Shown here one piece after another: positions 37,453 through 48,035 of a stretch of DNA of 64,000 nucleotides. Origin of the DNA: an uncultured Actinomycetes bacterium. GTDB taxonomy: Bacteria > Actinomycetota > Thermoleophilia > UBA2241. Below the pieces are notes generated by a model that saw only the letters and a program-made list of their open reading frames with translations, made no database searches and was not told where the DNA came from. Position 1 is the stretch's first letter. Each line of letters starts with the position of its first letter. Where the stretch lies: positions 416,001-480,000 of the forward strand of contig CAVRZA010000001.1 in the NCBI GenBank assembly GCA_963725665.1. The letters run 5' to 3'. The translations under genes were made by a program, and so were the position numbers.

Positions 37453-38562
37453 CTAGGATGGGCTCTCGTCGCCGCTCGCGGCCTGCTCTCCGGCCACGCT
37501 CGCGGTCCCCTCGACGCTGCCGCCGTCGCCGTCTCGGGTCTCGTTCAGTCCGGCCTCGCACGCGGCTGTGGTCGCGCCGGTTGCCTCGACGCACGCCAGC
37601 GTATCGAGGTACTTCTCGGCCTGGATGCCGGCCAAAGCGCCCTCGCCCACGGCCCAGGCGATCTGCTTGATAGGCCCGACCTTGGCGTCGCCGCAGGCGA
37701 ACACCCCCGGCTGGCTCGTGCGCAGCAGCTCGTCGGTCACGATGTAGCCCCACTGGTCGAGCTCGACGACGTTGACCAGGAACCCAGTGTTTGGGAGCTG
37801 CCCGACGTAGATGAACACGCCATCGGCGGGCACGGTCGAAAGCGCCTTCGTCTTGACGTTCTGGATCTCGACACCCTCGACCTTGGTCTCGCCGCGGATG
37901 ACGCGCGGCACCGAGTCCCAGACGAAGTGCATCTTGCGGTTGGCGAAGGCGCGTTCCTGGGCGGTCTTGTTGGCGCGCAGCTCGTCGCGGCGATGGATCA
38001 CGTGCACGGTCTCGGCGAACTTGGTGAGGAAGAGCCCCTCCTCGATGGCCGAGTCGCCGCCCCCTATCACCGCCAGTTGCTTGCCGCGGTAGAGGGCGCC
38101 GTCACAGGTCGCGCAGTACGAGACGCCCCTGCCGAGGAACTCGGCCTCACCCGGTACGCCGACCATCTTGGGCACGACGCCGGGGGCCAGGATGATCACT
38201 CTGCCCGTGAGCGTCTCCTGGTCGGTGATGACGGTCCACAGCCCGCCCGCGGCCGGCTCCATGGCGGCCACGGTCGTGATCTCGCGCAGGTCGGCACCGA
38301 ACTGGGTCGCCTGCTTCTTCATCTTCTCGGTCAGGTCGAAGCCGGGGATGCCCTCGGGAAAGCCGGGGTAGTTCTCGATGCGCTCGGTGAGCGCCATCTG
38401 GCCGCCGGCGGTGTTGCGCTCGAGGATGACCGTCGAGAGGCGCGCCCGCGCGGTGTAGATGCCGGCGGTGAGGCCCGATGGACCGGCGCCGACGATGACG
38501 ATGTCGAACGTTCCGGAGGCGCCGGAGCGAGGCTCTTGCGGCAGGATGAACTCGAGCGACAT
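37453..38562 (-). CDS. trxB: Thioredoxin reductase
   Basis: GAGPSG, ENYPGF, SYCATCDG, GGGDSA, HRRDELRA. Confidence 0.96.
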   Translation of the reverse strand: MSLEFILPQEPRSGASGTFDIVIVGAGPSGLTAGIYTARARLSTVILERNTAGGQMALTERIENYPGFPEGIPGFDLTEKMKKQATQFGADLREITTVAAMEPAAGGLWTVITDQETLTGRVIILAPGVVPKMVGVPGEAEFLGRGVSYCATCDGALYRGKQLAVIGGGDSAIEEGLFLTKFAETVHVIHRRDELRANKTAQERAFANRKMHFVWDSVPRVIRGETKVEGVEIQNVKTKALSTVPADGVFIYVGQLPNTGFLVNVVELDQWGYIVTDELLRTSQPGVFACGDAKVGPIKQIAWAVGEGALAGIQAEKYLDTLACVEATGATTAACEAGLNETRDGDGGSVEGTASVAGEQAASGDESPS

Positions 38563-38573
38563 CGGTAGGACGC

Positions 38574-39617
38574 CTAGTATAGCATCCGTTGCCGGCGTCC
38601 GAGGGCGCCGCGACGCACGAGCTCTTCGGCGATCTGCACCGCGTTGAGGGCGGCTCCCTTGCGCAGGTTGTCGGCGACGACCCACATGACGAGGCCGTTC
38701 GTCACCGTTTCGTCCTCACGGATGCGTCCGACGTAGACCGGATCGCGGCCCTCGGCTGCCAGCGGAGTCGGGTAGGCTAGCGCGCCGGGGTCGTCGACGA
38801 CCTCGACGCCGGGCGCCCGCCGGAGGAGCTCGCGAGCCTCAGGGGCCGTGAGCTTGCGTCGCGTCTCGACGCTCACCACTTCGGAGTGCGCGCCGTAGAC
38901 GGGCACGCGCACGCACGTCGCCGCGACGGCAAGCTCCGGGTCGGCGAAGATCTTCTGCGTCTCGTCGGCCATCTTCTGCTCCTCCCTGGTGTAGCCCGAG
39001 GGCAGGAAGGAGTCGATGTGCGGCAGCAGGTTGAAAGCGATCTGGTACGGGAAGTGCTCGGGCTCGACCGGCCGTCCCGCGACGACCTGGGCCGCCTGGT
39101 GCTCGAGCGCGTCGACGGCGCGCTTGCCGGCTCCCGAGACCGACTGGTAGGTCGAGACGACGACGCGGCGGATGCCGGCGGCGTCGTAGATCGGCTTGAG
39201 CGCCACGACCATCTGGATGGTCGAGCAGTTGGGTGTCGCGATGAGGCCGGCATGCGACTCGAGGGCGTCGGGGTTGACCTCGGGTACGACGAGAGGCACG
39301 GAGGGGTCCTGACGGAAGACGCTCGACTTGTCGATCACGGTCGCCCCGGCGGCCACGGCCTTGGGCGTGTACTGCCTGCTGGCGGCGCCGCCGGCGGCGA
39401 AGAAGGCCAGGTCGACGCCGGCGAACGAGTCATCGTCCAGCGTCTCGACCGTGAGACTCGCGCCGCGGAAGGCGAGCTGCGCCCCGCGCGAGCGTTCGCT
39501 CGCCAGCAGGCGCAGCTCGCCCACCGGGAACGCGCGCTCCTCGAGGATCTGACGCACGGTCGTGCCCACGACGCCGGTCGCCCCGGCGATCGCCACGGTG
39601 TAGGTGCGCTCAGCCAC
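38574..39617 (-). CDS. asd: Aspartate-semialdehyde dehydrogenase
   Basis: [37 protein letters not shown]. Confidence 0.97.
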   Translation of the reverse strand: MAERTYTVAIAGATGVVGTTVRQILEERAFPVGELRLLASERSRGAQLAFRGASLTVETLDDDSFAGVDLAFFAAGGAASRQYTPKAVAAGATVIDKSSVFRQDPSVPLVVPEVNPDALESHAGLIATPNCSTIQMVVALKPIYDAAGIRRVVVSTYQSVSGAGKRAVDALEHQAAQVVAGRPVEPEHFPYQIAFNLLPHIDSFLPSGYTREEQKMADETQKIFADPELAVAATCVRVPVYGAHSEVVSVETRRKLTAPEARELLRRAPGVEVVDDPGALAYPTPLAAEGRDPVYVGRIREDETVTNGLVMWVVADNLRKGAALNAVQIAEELVRRGALGRRQRMLY

Positions 39618-40866
39618 GCACGCTCCCGCGATCGGCAGCCTCGAGCGTCGCGGGCTTGTCGAGCTGGAAGGCGTCGTGCAGCGCCCGCACGGCCTCTTCG
39701 ACGCGGTCCTTGGCGATGATGGCCGAGATCTTGATCGGTGAGGTTGAGATCATCTCCAGGTTGATGCCCCGCTCGGCCAGGGTACGGAACATGAGCGCGG
39801 CGACACCGGGGTTCGAGCGCATGCCGGCCCCCACGATGCTGACCATGGCGATGCCGTTGTCGACCTGGTACTCGCGCGCCGCGAGCTCCTCGACGACGCG
39901 GTCGAGCGCGGCGGCAGCCGGGCGCAGGTCGTCGACCGGCACCGTTACCGAGATGTCGGAGTGACCCTGCTCGCCGACGTTCTGGATGATCATGTCGATG
40001 TTGACCTGGGCGTCGGCGAGAGCACCGAAGACGCGCGCCGCGACACCGGGGTGGTCGGGCACCCCGCGCAGCGTGACCTTGGCCTGGTCGACGGAGTAGG
40101 TGACGCCGCTGATGAGGGGCTGCTCCATGCTTGCACCTTCCTTGCTCACCCACGTGCCCGGGCCGTCTGAGAAGCTCGAGCGCACGTGGATCTTCACACC
40201 GTAGCGGCGCGCGTACTCGACGGAACGCAGGGCGAGGACCTGAGCGCCCGAGGCCGCCAGCTCCAGCATCTCCTCGTAGGAGACGCGGTCGAGCTTGCGC
40301 GCGTTGGGGACGAGGTTCGGGTTGGCGGTGTAGACGCCGCCGACGTCGGTGTAGATCTCGCAGCTCTCGGCGCCCAGGGCGTGAGCGAGGGCGACGGCCG
40401 TGGTGTCGGAGCCGCCGCGGCCGAGGGTGGTGACGTCCTTGTCGGTCGAGACGCCCTGGAAGCCGGCGACCAGGACGATGCGTCCGTTCTCGAGCGCCTC
40501 CTCCACGCGAAAGGCGCGGATGTCGAGGATCTGCGCCCGGGTGTGCGTGGAGTCGGTCACGATGCCGGCCTGTGAGCCGGTGAAGCTCACGGCGTGGTGG
40601 CCGAGCCCGTGGATGGCCATGGCGAGCAAGGCGCACGAGATGCGCTCCCCGGTCGAGAGCAACATGTCGAGCTCGCGTTCCGGGGGATGCGGCGAGATCT
40701 CGTAGGCCATGGCCAGCAGCTCGTCGGTCGTGTCGCCGCGCGCCGAGACCACCGCGCACACCTTGTGACCCTGTTCGGCGGTCGCGACGATGCGCTGCGC
40801 GACGCTGAGGGTGCGCTGGCTGTTGGCGACGGACGTGCCCCCGTACTTCTGCACCACGGTTGCCAA
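39610..40866 (-). CDS. lysC: Aspartate kinase
   Basis: [20 protein letters not shown], two ACT domains, internal ME start typical of the beta subunit. Confidence 0.96.
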   Translation of the reverse strand: MATVVQKYGGTSVANSQRTLSVAQRIVATAEQGHKVCAVVSARGDTTDELLAMAYEISPHPPERELDMLLSTGERISCALLAMAIHGLGHHAVSFTGSQAGIVTDSTHTRAQILDIRAFRVEEALENGRIVLVAGFQGVSTDKDVTTLGRGGSDTTAVALAHALGAESCEIYTDVGGVYTANPNLVPNARKLDRVSYEEMLELAASGAQVLALRSVEYARRYGVKIHVRSSFSDGPGTWVSKEGASMEQPLISGVTYSVDQAKVTLRGVPDHPGVAARVFGALADAQVNIDMIIQNVGEQGHSDISVTVPVDDLRPAAAALDRVVEELAAREYQVDNGIAMVSIVGAGMRSNPGVAALMFRTLAERGINLEMISTSPIKISAIIAKDRVEEAVRALHDAFQLDKPATLEAADRGSVRG

Positions 40867-41027
40867 GGGACCTGCAGACCTCCCTGCGGGTGGGCCGACC
40901 ACCGACCGGCAACGTGAGGCCCGGTGGCGGTCCCACCGATGGGGATCCGGCACTCCTGCGATTCGACCCGCAGCGACCCGGACCTGCCGACCGAGTGCCC
41001 AGTGTACCGGATTGCGCGGGAAGCGCT

Positions 41028-41762
41028 CTACGCCTTCATGCCCTCGGGGAGCGGCGCGATGGGGGGCAGGGAGCGCTTGTGCGCGCTCGCGGCGGCGAGC
41101 GCCTCGATGCGCTCCCTGCCCGTCGAGCTCGCGCCGCCCAGGTAGGCGTCGAGCTCGGCGTAGGTCAGTCCCATCTCATGCTCGTCGGTCTGTCCCGGCC
41201 AGAGGCCGGCGGAGGGAGGCTTCTCGATGATGCGCCGCGGCACGTCCAGGTGCTCGGCCAGGTCTCTCACGCGCGTCTTGGTCAGGTTGCCCAACGGCAG
41301 CAGGTCGGCGCCGCCGTCGCCGTACTTCGTGAAGTAGCCGACGGCCAGCTCGCTGCGGTTGCCGCAGCCGATCACACGGTAGCCGAGGTGGTTGGCGAAG
41401 GCGTAGAGGGTCGTCATGCGCAGGCGCGGCTTGATGTTGGCGCGCGCCAGGTCGTCCTCCGCCAGGTCTGTGAGTGTCTCGCTCAGGCGAGCGCAGAGCA
41501 GGTCGAACGTTTCGGAGAGGTCGACGGTGGCCGAGGCGAGGCCGATGTGGTGCGCGACCAGGTGCGCGTCCGTGGCGTCGGCGGGGTCGCTGTGGCAGGG
41601 CATGACCAGGCCCAGTGAGTGGTGCGGGAAGGCACGTATGCAGAGCGCCGCCACTGCGGCCGAATCGAGGCCTCCGGAGAGGCCGAAGACCGCCCCGGTG
41701 CCGCCGCTTGCCGTCACCGTGTCCCTGATCCAGTCGCTGAGATGAGCCGCGAGCTTCTCCAC
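41028..41762 (-). CDS. nadE: NH3-dependent NAD+ synthetase
   Basis: [37 protein letters not shown]. Confidence 0.95.
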   Translation of the reverse strand: MEKLAAHLSDWIRDTVTASGGTGAVFGLSGGLDSAAVAALCIRAFPHHSLGLVMPCHSDPADATDAHLVAHHIGLASATVDLSETFDLLCARLSETLTDLAEDDLARANIKPRLRMTTLYAFANHLGYRVIGCGNRSELAVGYFTKYGDGGADLLPLGNLTKTRVRDLAEHLDVPRRIIEKPPSAGLWPGQTDEHEMGLTYAELDAYLGGASSTGRERIEALAAASAHKRSLPPIAPLPEGMKA

Positions 41763-41843
41763 GGGTGCCTCCTTCGCGCTGTCGGACAGGAGCATACAGC
41801 AGCCGGTCACAGGTGGTGCGCCGGCTGAGCGTAGACTGCGCGC

Positions 41844-42485
41844 GTGAAACTCAGAGCCAGATTCGGACATCTCCCCGGTGCCGTGCCTCGATCGGATGCC
41901 AACTCGCGGGACGAAGCCGCCCGCCGCGAACGCCGCTTTCGGGCGATATACCAAGCCGACTTCGCCGCCGTGCTGGGCTACGCGCTGCGGCGGACGAACA
42001 GAGCCGAGGACGCCGCCGATGTCGTAGCGGAGACCTTCCTCGTCGCCTGGCGGCGGTTCGACGACGTGCCACCCCTCGGCGAGAGCCGTCTCTGGTTGTA
42101 CGCCGTGGCGCGGAGGGTGCTGGCCAACCACAGGCGCGGCGAGCGGCGTCGGAGCGCCCTCGGCGAGGCGCTGGCGCGCGACCTCGTCGGCGTCTGTGAG
42201 GACCCGCGTCCCTCCGATCTCGAGCCCCTCGCACGTGCCTGGGCGGACCTGCGGGAAGCCGACCGGGACATCCTCGGTCTGGCCGCCTGGGAGGGACTCA
42301 GCGGCGACCGGCTGGCAGCCGTCGTCGGCTGCTCGCGGACCGCCGCCAAGCTGAGGCTGCACCGCGCCCGCCGCCGCTTCGCCAAGGAGCTGCGACGCAT
42401 CGGATTCGAGTGGAAACCCGTGCAGGCGATCGGACATGTGCAGGGTGGACGGGCATCCGCCCGCCCCGGTACGGAGGAGACGTGA
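41844..42485 (+). CDS. ECF RNA polymerase sigma factor
   Basis: DAADVVAETFLVAWRR, WLYAVARR, AWEGLS, RLHRARRR. Confidence 0.9.
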   Translation: MKLRARFGHLPGAVPRSDANSRDEAARRERRFRAIYQADFAAVLGYALRRTNRAEDAADVVAETFLVAWRRFDDVPPLGESRLWLYAVARRVLANHRRGERRRSALGEALARDLVGVCEDPRPSDLEPLARAWADLREADRDILGLAAWEGLSGDRLAAVVGCSRTAAKLRLHRARRRFAKELRRIGFEWKPVQAIGHVQGGRASARPGTEET

Positions 42486-43627
42486 TGAGCGACCGCGAGG
42501 AGCGCGTCGACAGGGCCTTGGCCAGCCTGAAGCGCATCGACGATGAGCGGCTCGGCTCCTTGGCTGGCAGCCGTGCCGCCCAAGCCCTGTTCGAGGAGGT
42601 CGTCGCGATGGACGAACAGCAGCCGATGCCGCGAAAGCAGGGTGCCGGGGCGCGCCGCCGCACCTTGCTGCTGCGTGCCGGTGTCGCGGCGGCGGCCGTG
42701 GCGGCCTTGGTGGGCGTGCTCAGCGTCGTCAACCCGTTCGGGTCGAACGGGTTGACGACCGTGCAGCAGGCCGCCGCCGCGCTCGCGCCGCAGCAGAGCG
42801 TGATCCTACACATGAAGATGCTGGGCCGGCAGACGAACCCCGACGGCAGCGTCGTGACCTGGAGCGACGAAAGCTGGCAGGCGACGGAGGAGCCGTTCGA
42901 CAGGCGCCAGATCGAGATCGGCCCTGAAGGCAGCCGCGCTGAGACGGCGTTCGCCGACGGTCGCGGACAGCTCTACGAGGTCGACACCAACACGGTCTAC
43001 ATCGAGACCCCTCGCCTTGCAGAGTCCGCCTCGTCATCGACGGGGACCCCATCGCCGAAAGATCTCAAAGTCAGCGTCGCGCCGGGTCCCAGTCCGGGCA
43101 CCGTCAGAGTCAAGATCGCCGCGACGAATGCGGGTGACACGACGACGACCACCAGGGTCATGAGCGACAGGGACGCCAAGCTCCTCCTCGCCAGGGTGCA
43201 GGGCGGCGACGCGACGCCCCAGGTGGATGACGGCGGCTCAGCTGGGACTCTCGATGGCGAGACGGCGGATCCGTTCCGCGCCGAGATCCTCGCGATGCTT
43301 CGTTCAGGAACGGCGGTGGAAGAGGGTCGCCTGAGCATCGACGGCCGGGAAGCCATCCGTCTCGTCGCCACCCAGCGGGTGCCCGAAGGGGGTGCGCCCG
43401 GCAGTGCGAGCTACATCGTCGACGCCCGCACCTACGACCCCATCGAATGGCGCACGACCGGCGACGGTGGCGGCACCATCCTGCGCTTCGTGGTGTACGA
43501 GCACCTGCCGAACACGGCCTCCAACCGGGCTCTTCTCAGCCTCACGGAGCAGCACCCGGGCGCCCGCATCGACCGCGATCCGGCGCACTACCAGGAGGCC
43601 TCGGCCCGCCTGTTCCCGAACGGCTGA
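42485..43627 (+). CDS. Single-TM protein, putative anti-sigma factor
   Basis: Translationally coupled to the ECF gene; RRR followed by a hydrophobic helix and a large extracytoplasmic domain. Confidence 0.7.
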   Translation: MSDREERVDRALASLKRIDDERLGSLAGSRAAQALFEEVVAMDEQQPMPRKQGAGARRRTLLLRAGVAAAAVAALVGVLSVVNPFGSNGLTTVQQAAAALAPQQSVILHMKMLGRQTNPDGSVVTWSDESWQATEEPFDRRQIEIGPEGSRAETAFADGRGQLYEVDTNTVYIETPRLAESASSSTGTPSPKDLKVSVAPGPSPGTVRVKIAATNAGDTTTTTRVMSDRDAKLLLARVQGGDATPQVDDGGSAGTLDGETADPFRAEILAMLRSGTAVEEGRLSIDGREAIRLVATQRVPEGGAPGSASYIVDARTYDPIEWRTTGDGGGTILRFVVYEHLPNTASNRALLSLTEQHPGARIDRDPAHYQEASARLFPNG

Positions 43628-43691
43628 CCGCCCAGCCGGCGATCCGACGGGTCGGCTGGAGTCGTCGCTCCCTGCTCATCGGCATGAAGTA

Positions 43692-43736
43692 GCGACGGGG
43701 GCGGGCACGCCTTGCAGGCGCGCCCGCCCCCGTCGC
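43692..43736. terminator. Long GC hairpin between convergent genes
   Basis: GCGACGGGGGCGGGCACGCCT-TGC-AGGCGCGCCCGCCCCCGTCGC (one mismatch). Confidence 0.7.
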
Positions 43737-43768
43737 CGGAGACCGACTTCAGGTGACGCGGCGTCGGG

Positions 43769-45097
43769 TCACAGGATCGAGAAGTACTGTTCGATCTCGA
43801 ACGAAGTGACTTGCTCGCGGTAGCGGTACCACTCGTTCTTCTTGTTGGTGATGAAGCGCTCGAAGATGTGATCGCCCAGGGTGCGGTGGACGAGCTCGCT
43901 CTCCTCGGTGAGGTGGATGGCCTCCCACAGGTTGTTCGGCAGCGCGCCCAGGCCGATGGCCTCACGCTCGTCGGCCTGCATCTTGTAGATGTTGGGCTCT
44001 ACCGACGGCGGCAACTCGTACTCCTGCTCGATCCCCTCGAGCCCGGCCGCAAGCAGCACGGCGAAGGCCAGGTAGGGGTTGCAGGACGGGTCGGGGTTGC
44101 GCACCTCGGCGCGCACGGTGCTCTCCTTGCCGGGCACGTACAGCGGCACGCGGATGAGCGCCGTACGGTTGCGATGCGCCCACGAGATGTAGACCGGGGC
44201 CTCGTAACCGGGGACGAGGCGCTTGAAGCTGTTCACCCACTGGTCGAGCAACGAGCAGACCGCGCCCATGTGCTTGAGCTGCCCGGCGATGAAGCCGCGC
44301 GCTACGGGGGAGAGGTGGTCGGGGTCGTCGGCAGAGAAGAAAGCGTTGGTCTCCCCTCTGAAGAGGGACTGGTGGGTGTGCATGCCGCTGCCGTTCTCGC
44401 CGTGCAGCGGCTTGGGCATGAAGGTGGCGTACACGCCGTTGTGGGCGGCGACCTCCTTCGTGATGAGGCGCATGATCATCACCTGGTCGGCCATCTTCAG
44501 GGCCTTGTCGTAGTGCGGGTCGAGCTCGTGCTGTGAAGGAGCCACCTCGTGGTGGGAGGCCTCCATCACGATGCCCAGCTTCTCCAGCGTGCGCACAGTC
44601 TGCTTGCGCAGGTCGTTGCCCAGGTCGGCCGGCAGCACGTCGAAGTAGCCGCCCTCGTCGACGACCTCGGGCTTCTCGGGTGTCTTGAAGTAGAAATACT
44701 CGAGCTCGGGCCCCACGTAGAAGTCGAACCCCAGGTCGGCGGCGTGCTTGAGCTGGCGTCTGAGGATCCAGCGGGGGTCGCCTTGGTACGGCTCGAAGTC
44801 GCGGTTCAGGATGTTGCAGAAGACGAAGGCCGTGCGCTCCTGGTTCTGCGACCAGGGAAGCACACGCAAAGTCTCCCAGGCGGGCATCGCGACGATGTCC
44901 GACTCCTCGATCTCAGCGTACCCGGTGATCGACGAGCCGTCGAAGGCGGCGCCGTTCTCCATGACGCTGTCCAGCTGGGACTCCGGGATCTCGACCATCT
45001 TGAGGCTGCCCAAGATGTCGGTGAACCACAGCTGGATGTGACGCACGTTCTCGTCCGCGGCCTGCTTGCGGACCCTGGCCTGGAGCTCATTGTTCAT
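43769..45097 (-). CDS. glnA: Glutamine synthetase type I
   Basis: FDGSSI, GPELEY, HHEVAPSQHE, FMPKP, NGSGMHTH, RLVPGYEAP, EVRNPD. Confidence 0.96.
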   Translation of the reverse strand: MNNELQARVRKQAADENVRHIQLWFTDILGSLKMVEIPESQLDSVMENGAAFDGSSITGYAEIEESDIVAMPAWETLRVLPWSQNQERTAFVFCNILNRDFEPYQGDPRWILRRQLKHAADLGFDFYVGPELEYFYFKTPEKPEVVDEGGYFDVLPADLGNDLRKQTVRTLEKLGIVMEASHHEVAPSQHELDPHYDKALKMADQVMIMRLITKEVAAHNGVYATFMPKPLHGENGSGMHTHQSLFRGETNAFFSADDPDHLSPVARGFIAGQLKHMGAVCSLLDQWVNSFKRLVPGYEAPVYISWAHRNRTALIRVPLYVPGKESTVRAEVRNPDPSCNPYLAFAVLLAAGLEGIEQEYELPPSVEPNIYKMQADEREAIGLGALPNNLWEAIHLTEESELVHRTLGDHIFERFITNKKNEWYRYREQVTSFEIEQYFSIL

Positions 45098-45351
45098 AGT
45101 CTTCCTTTAGGCCGTGGGTTTGCCTCGCGCGCCCTACAGGGCGCTATGTCAGACCAGGGTTTTACCACCCTCGCGGTGAATGAGCAATACGGCAGCGGGC
45201 GCGGTCCCGTCTAGCCTCGCCGTCGTGCGTGGACGAAGCCAACGCAGCTTCGTTGCTTGCCTCGTTGGGCGAGGCTATACTAGCGCCCGATATTCCAGGG
45301 GTGGGTCAGGGGAAGGAAGGTTCTCTTCCCGGCCCGGAAAGGAGGACCTTC

Positions 45352-45501
45352 ATGGCGACCGAGGCGTACTGCGTGAAGTGCCGCACCAAGAGGACGATGA
45401 AGGACGAGAAGAAAGTCACGATGAAGAACGGCAAGCCCGCTACCCAGGGCACGTGCCCAGTGTGCAGCACGAAGATGTTCAAGATCGGCGCAGGCAAGTA
45501 G
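45352..45501 (+). CDS. Small basic zinc-ribbon protein (DUF5679-like)
   Basis: MATEAYCVKCR...MKNGKPATQGTCPVCSTKMFKIG; RBS AAAGGAGG; TATACT upstream. Confidence 0.85.
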   Translation: MATEAYCVKCRTKRTMKDEKKVTMKNGKPATQGTCPVCSTKMFKIGAGK

Positions 45502-45540
45502 TAGCACCCTCGGACCACCCGGAAGCGTAGAGCAGTCTTC

Positions 45541-45580
45541 GGCGGGGGCGGCGGGCCCGGACGGGCCCGCCGCCCCCGCC
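45541..45580. terminator. Perfect 18-bp GC hairpin
   Basis: GGCGGGGGCGGCGGGCCC-GGAC-GGGCCCGCCGCCCCCGCC followed by CGCTTT. Confidence 0.75.
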
Positions 45581-45657
45581 CGCTTTCACGCGTGCCGGGG
45601 AGGGCCGGGGGCAGGAGTGCCACAATCTGCCCCCGGCCCTCGTAGCTCACCACACCC

Positions 45658-46317
45658 TCAGGCGGTTCTCGAACTGCCCTCCGGCAGGAGAAGCTCGGCG
45701 AGACTGCTGGCGAGCCAGTCGCGGTAACGCTGCCTCGTCCAGCCCCGGACGCGGACAAGGAGCTGGTGGAGCTCGGGGCTCGTCAGCGCCCAGACCGTCT
45801 CGACGGCCTCGTCCACATCGAGCCGGAGCGGCCCGTTGGCAGCCAGGGCGTCGACGAGCACGTGAAGATTCTTCATCCGGTCGGCGTGCAGGGCGGCGAG
45901 GAGTTGCGCAAGCTCGGGGTCCGATCGCGACGCGCCCGCGACGACCGCGACGAGCGGCGCGGCGCGCTCGAGGCGGAGCACGATGTCGGCCGCGAAGAGC
46001 CGCAGTTGCTCGTGTTGATCGGTCGCCGCGGCCACGGCGCGCGGGCCCTTCTGCTCGGGCACAGGCGCAGGGTCGTCGCCGCGAACCGCACTGCGGACGA
46101 GTTCGCCGAGCAAGGAACGTTTGTTCCCAAAGTGGCCGTAGACGGACTCCGCCGACACATGAGCCCCCTCAGCGATCGCCGCGATGCTCGTGCCCTCATA
46201 CCCGCGCTCCCGAAATAGGGTCGCGGCGGCGTCGAGCACCAAAGCGCGCGTCTGCTCTGCCTGTTCGCGCCGGCGCTCAGAGTGATAACGGCGACGTTGG
46301 TTAGCATCTTCTGCCAT
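45658..46317 (-). CDS. TetR/AcrR family regulator
   Basis: LFRERGYEGTSIAAIAEGAHVSAESVYGHFGNK HTH. Confidence 0.93.
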   Translation of the reverse strand: MAEDANQRRRYHSERRREQAEQTRALVLDAAATLFRERGYEGTSIAAIAEGAHVSAESVYGHFGNKRSLLGELVRSAVRGDDPAPVPEQKGPRAVAAATDQHEQLRLFAADIVLRLERAAPLVAVVAGASRSDPELAQLLAALHADRMKNLHVLVDALAANGPLRLDVDEAVETVWALTSPELHQLLVRVRGWTRQRYRDWLASSLAELLLPEGSSRTA

Positions 46318-46323
46318 ATTGGG

Positions 46324-46360
46324 TACAGTGCCACAGTATCTACTACAGGTAAACTGTATC
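46324..46360. promoter_or_regulatory. Two tandem TetR-type operators, TACAG-N5-CWGTA
   Basis: TACAGTGCCACAGTATC at 46324 and TACAGGTAAACTGTATC at 46344, in the divergent intergenic region. Confidence 0.7.
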
Positions 46361-46375
46361 CAAAGGGAGGACCCC

Positions 46376-46825
46376 ATGTCCAGCCCAGAAGTGCTCGCCC
46401 GCCGCTTGATCGAGGAAGGCTTCAACGAGGGCAACCTCAGCGTCGCCGACGACCTCGTCTCCCCCAGCATGGTCGAACATCAGAACTTCGGACCGGATCA
46501 CGCTCCTGGAGCGGAGGGCGTCAAAGCGGTGATCTCCTCGCTGCGGCGCGCTTTCTCCGACTTCCATCTCACCATCGACGACCTCGCCGTCAACGGCGAC
46601 ACCGTCTGGCTCCGTATGACCGGCACTGGCACCAATGACGGTTCGTTCATGGGTCATCCACCGACAGGCCGCCCGATGCGTACCGACGTCTTCGACGCTC
46701 TCCGTGTCGAGAACGACCGCATAGTCGAACACTGGGGAATCCCTGACCGTCTGGGCACCCTCTTCCAGCTCGGACTGGCCGAGCCACCGCGTGCCGCCTC
46801 TTCGTCTACCTCGATGCTGACCTAG
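46376..46825 (+). CDS. SnoaL-like ester cyclase family protein
   Basis: LRRAFSDFHLTIDD, GTNDGSFMGHPPTGR, IVEHWG. Confidence 0.9.
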   Translation: MSSPEVLARRLIEEGFNEGNLSVADDLVSPSMVEHQNFGPDHAPGAEGVKAVISSLRRAFSDFHLTIDDLAVNGDTVWLRMTGTGTNDGSFMGHPPTGRPMRTDVFDALRVENDRIVEHWGIPDRLGTLFQLGLAEPPRAASSSTSMLT

Positions 46826-47005
46826 ATTCGGTGCGCGGCAGCTCAGTGATCCGCGAGCCCTCTCCAAGCGGCTCGAAGGCATACGGCCGAGGCCGGGGGC
46901 GCTGGATGCTTCCCACACGCCCTCGGCCTCGGCAGCCTCTCAGTGGTCGCGCCTCTCAGGCAGCGGACAAGACGCATGTCCGCGTGGCCCGTGGTGCGAC
47001 GCTTG

Positions 47006-47731
47006 TCACGCCGCCGGTCGCAGCTCGTTCTTGGAAGCGGTCGTGGAGGCGGACTCGACGGGCTCGAAGCCGAGCTGCTGCAGACCAGACGCCCTGAATC
47101 CCTTGACGACGAGGTAGACGCCCAGCGAGAACTCCCACAGCGCGATCGGGAGTGTGAGGAGCCCCGACATCGCGGAGCCATACTCGTTGGCGCCGAACAA
47201 CGTGGCGATGCTGGAAGCGACGAGCAGGGGCGCGCCGATGAATCCCAGCACGGGCAGGACCCGCGGCACCAGGCGCGACTGGTACAGCAGGTAGCCCAGC
47301 AACACGGCGTTCACGGCCGGAATGAGGCTTTGTCCGAGGATGAACGTCCAGTCATGCAGGCCGACCAGCGTCTGGCCGGTGGCCAGCGCACCTGCTCCGG
47401 CTCCGGCCTGCCGCAAGTTCACCACCGCCAGGAGGCTGAAGGCGCCGACGAAGATCATGGCGGCTTCCAGGGTCCGCACGCCGACGAAGCCCAACGCGAC
47501 CCCTTCGTTCTGCCGCTTGACCACCGGGTAGAGCGCCACGGCGGTGCCGATGCCGGCGAGGGCCACGATCAACTCCAGGACGACGCCGATGAACACGCGA
47601 GTGTCCGGGCCGGGGCCGACGATGTAGTTCGCCCCACGCACCGAACTGTAGAGAAACAGGGTCGGGATCGAGACAAAGGTGAGCAGGTAGAGCAAGCCCG
47701 CGGTCAGCGAGATCTTTCTAGTCGAATCCAT
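47006..47731 (-). CDS. DUF4386-like membrane protein
   Basis: AGLLYLLTFVSIP, GTAVALYPVVKRQNE, RLVPR, WEFSLGVYLVVKGF. Confidence 0.8.
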   Translation of the reverse strand: MDSTRKISLTAGLLYLLTFVSIPTLFLYSSVRGANYIVGPGPDTRVFIGVVLELIVALAGIGTAVALYPVVKRQNEGVALGFVGVRTLEAAMIFVGAFSLLAVVNLRQAGAGAGALATGQTLVGLHDWTFILGQSLIPAVNAVLLGYLLYQSRLVPRVLPVLGFIGAPLLVASSIATLFGANEYGSAMSGLLTLPIALWEFSLGVYLVVKGFRASGLQQLGFEPVESASTTASKNELRPAA

Positions 47732-47935
47732 CTTGACCAACTCCTTGGGTCGGTGCTTGGTCGAGCCGGCGATTGCGATAATGAACGTACTGCCATTTGG
47801 GAGGAAGACCCCTAATTTTCTCGGTGATGTCTGACCATGCCCCGTCTGGCGCATGGCGAACCCCAGGGCCCGTTTGGGGCGACTGGTCAACGCTCAGAGC
47901 GAGGTGCGGCGCCGGCGACGCTGCGGGAGGTGCCG

Positions 47936-48025
47936 CACGGTTCCTGCAGATTTAGCAGCTTCTTGGCAACTCGTGGTATCCTTGCCGAGCCGCAGCAGAG
48001 GAAAACCCCTGCAAAACGGCACAAT
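47936..48025 (+). repeat. Diverged copy of the segment upstream of tRNA-Arg (52535-52623)
   Basis: Shared TTCCTGCAGATTT..GCAACTCGTGGTAT..GCCGCAGC..CCTGCAAA.CGGCACAATG. Confidence 0.8.
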
Positions 48026-48035
48026 GTGTCCTCTG

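Noticed and set aside
40867-41027. Lysine riboswitch upstream of aspartate kinase
   Set aside because: Short stems exist (GGCACTC/GAGTGCC), but no L-box consensus is recognisable; they could just be a nadE terminator.
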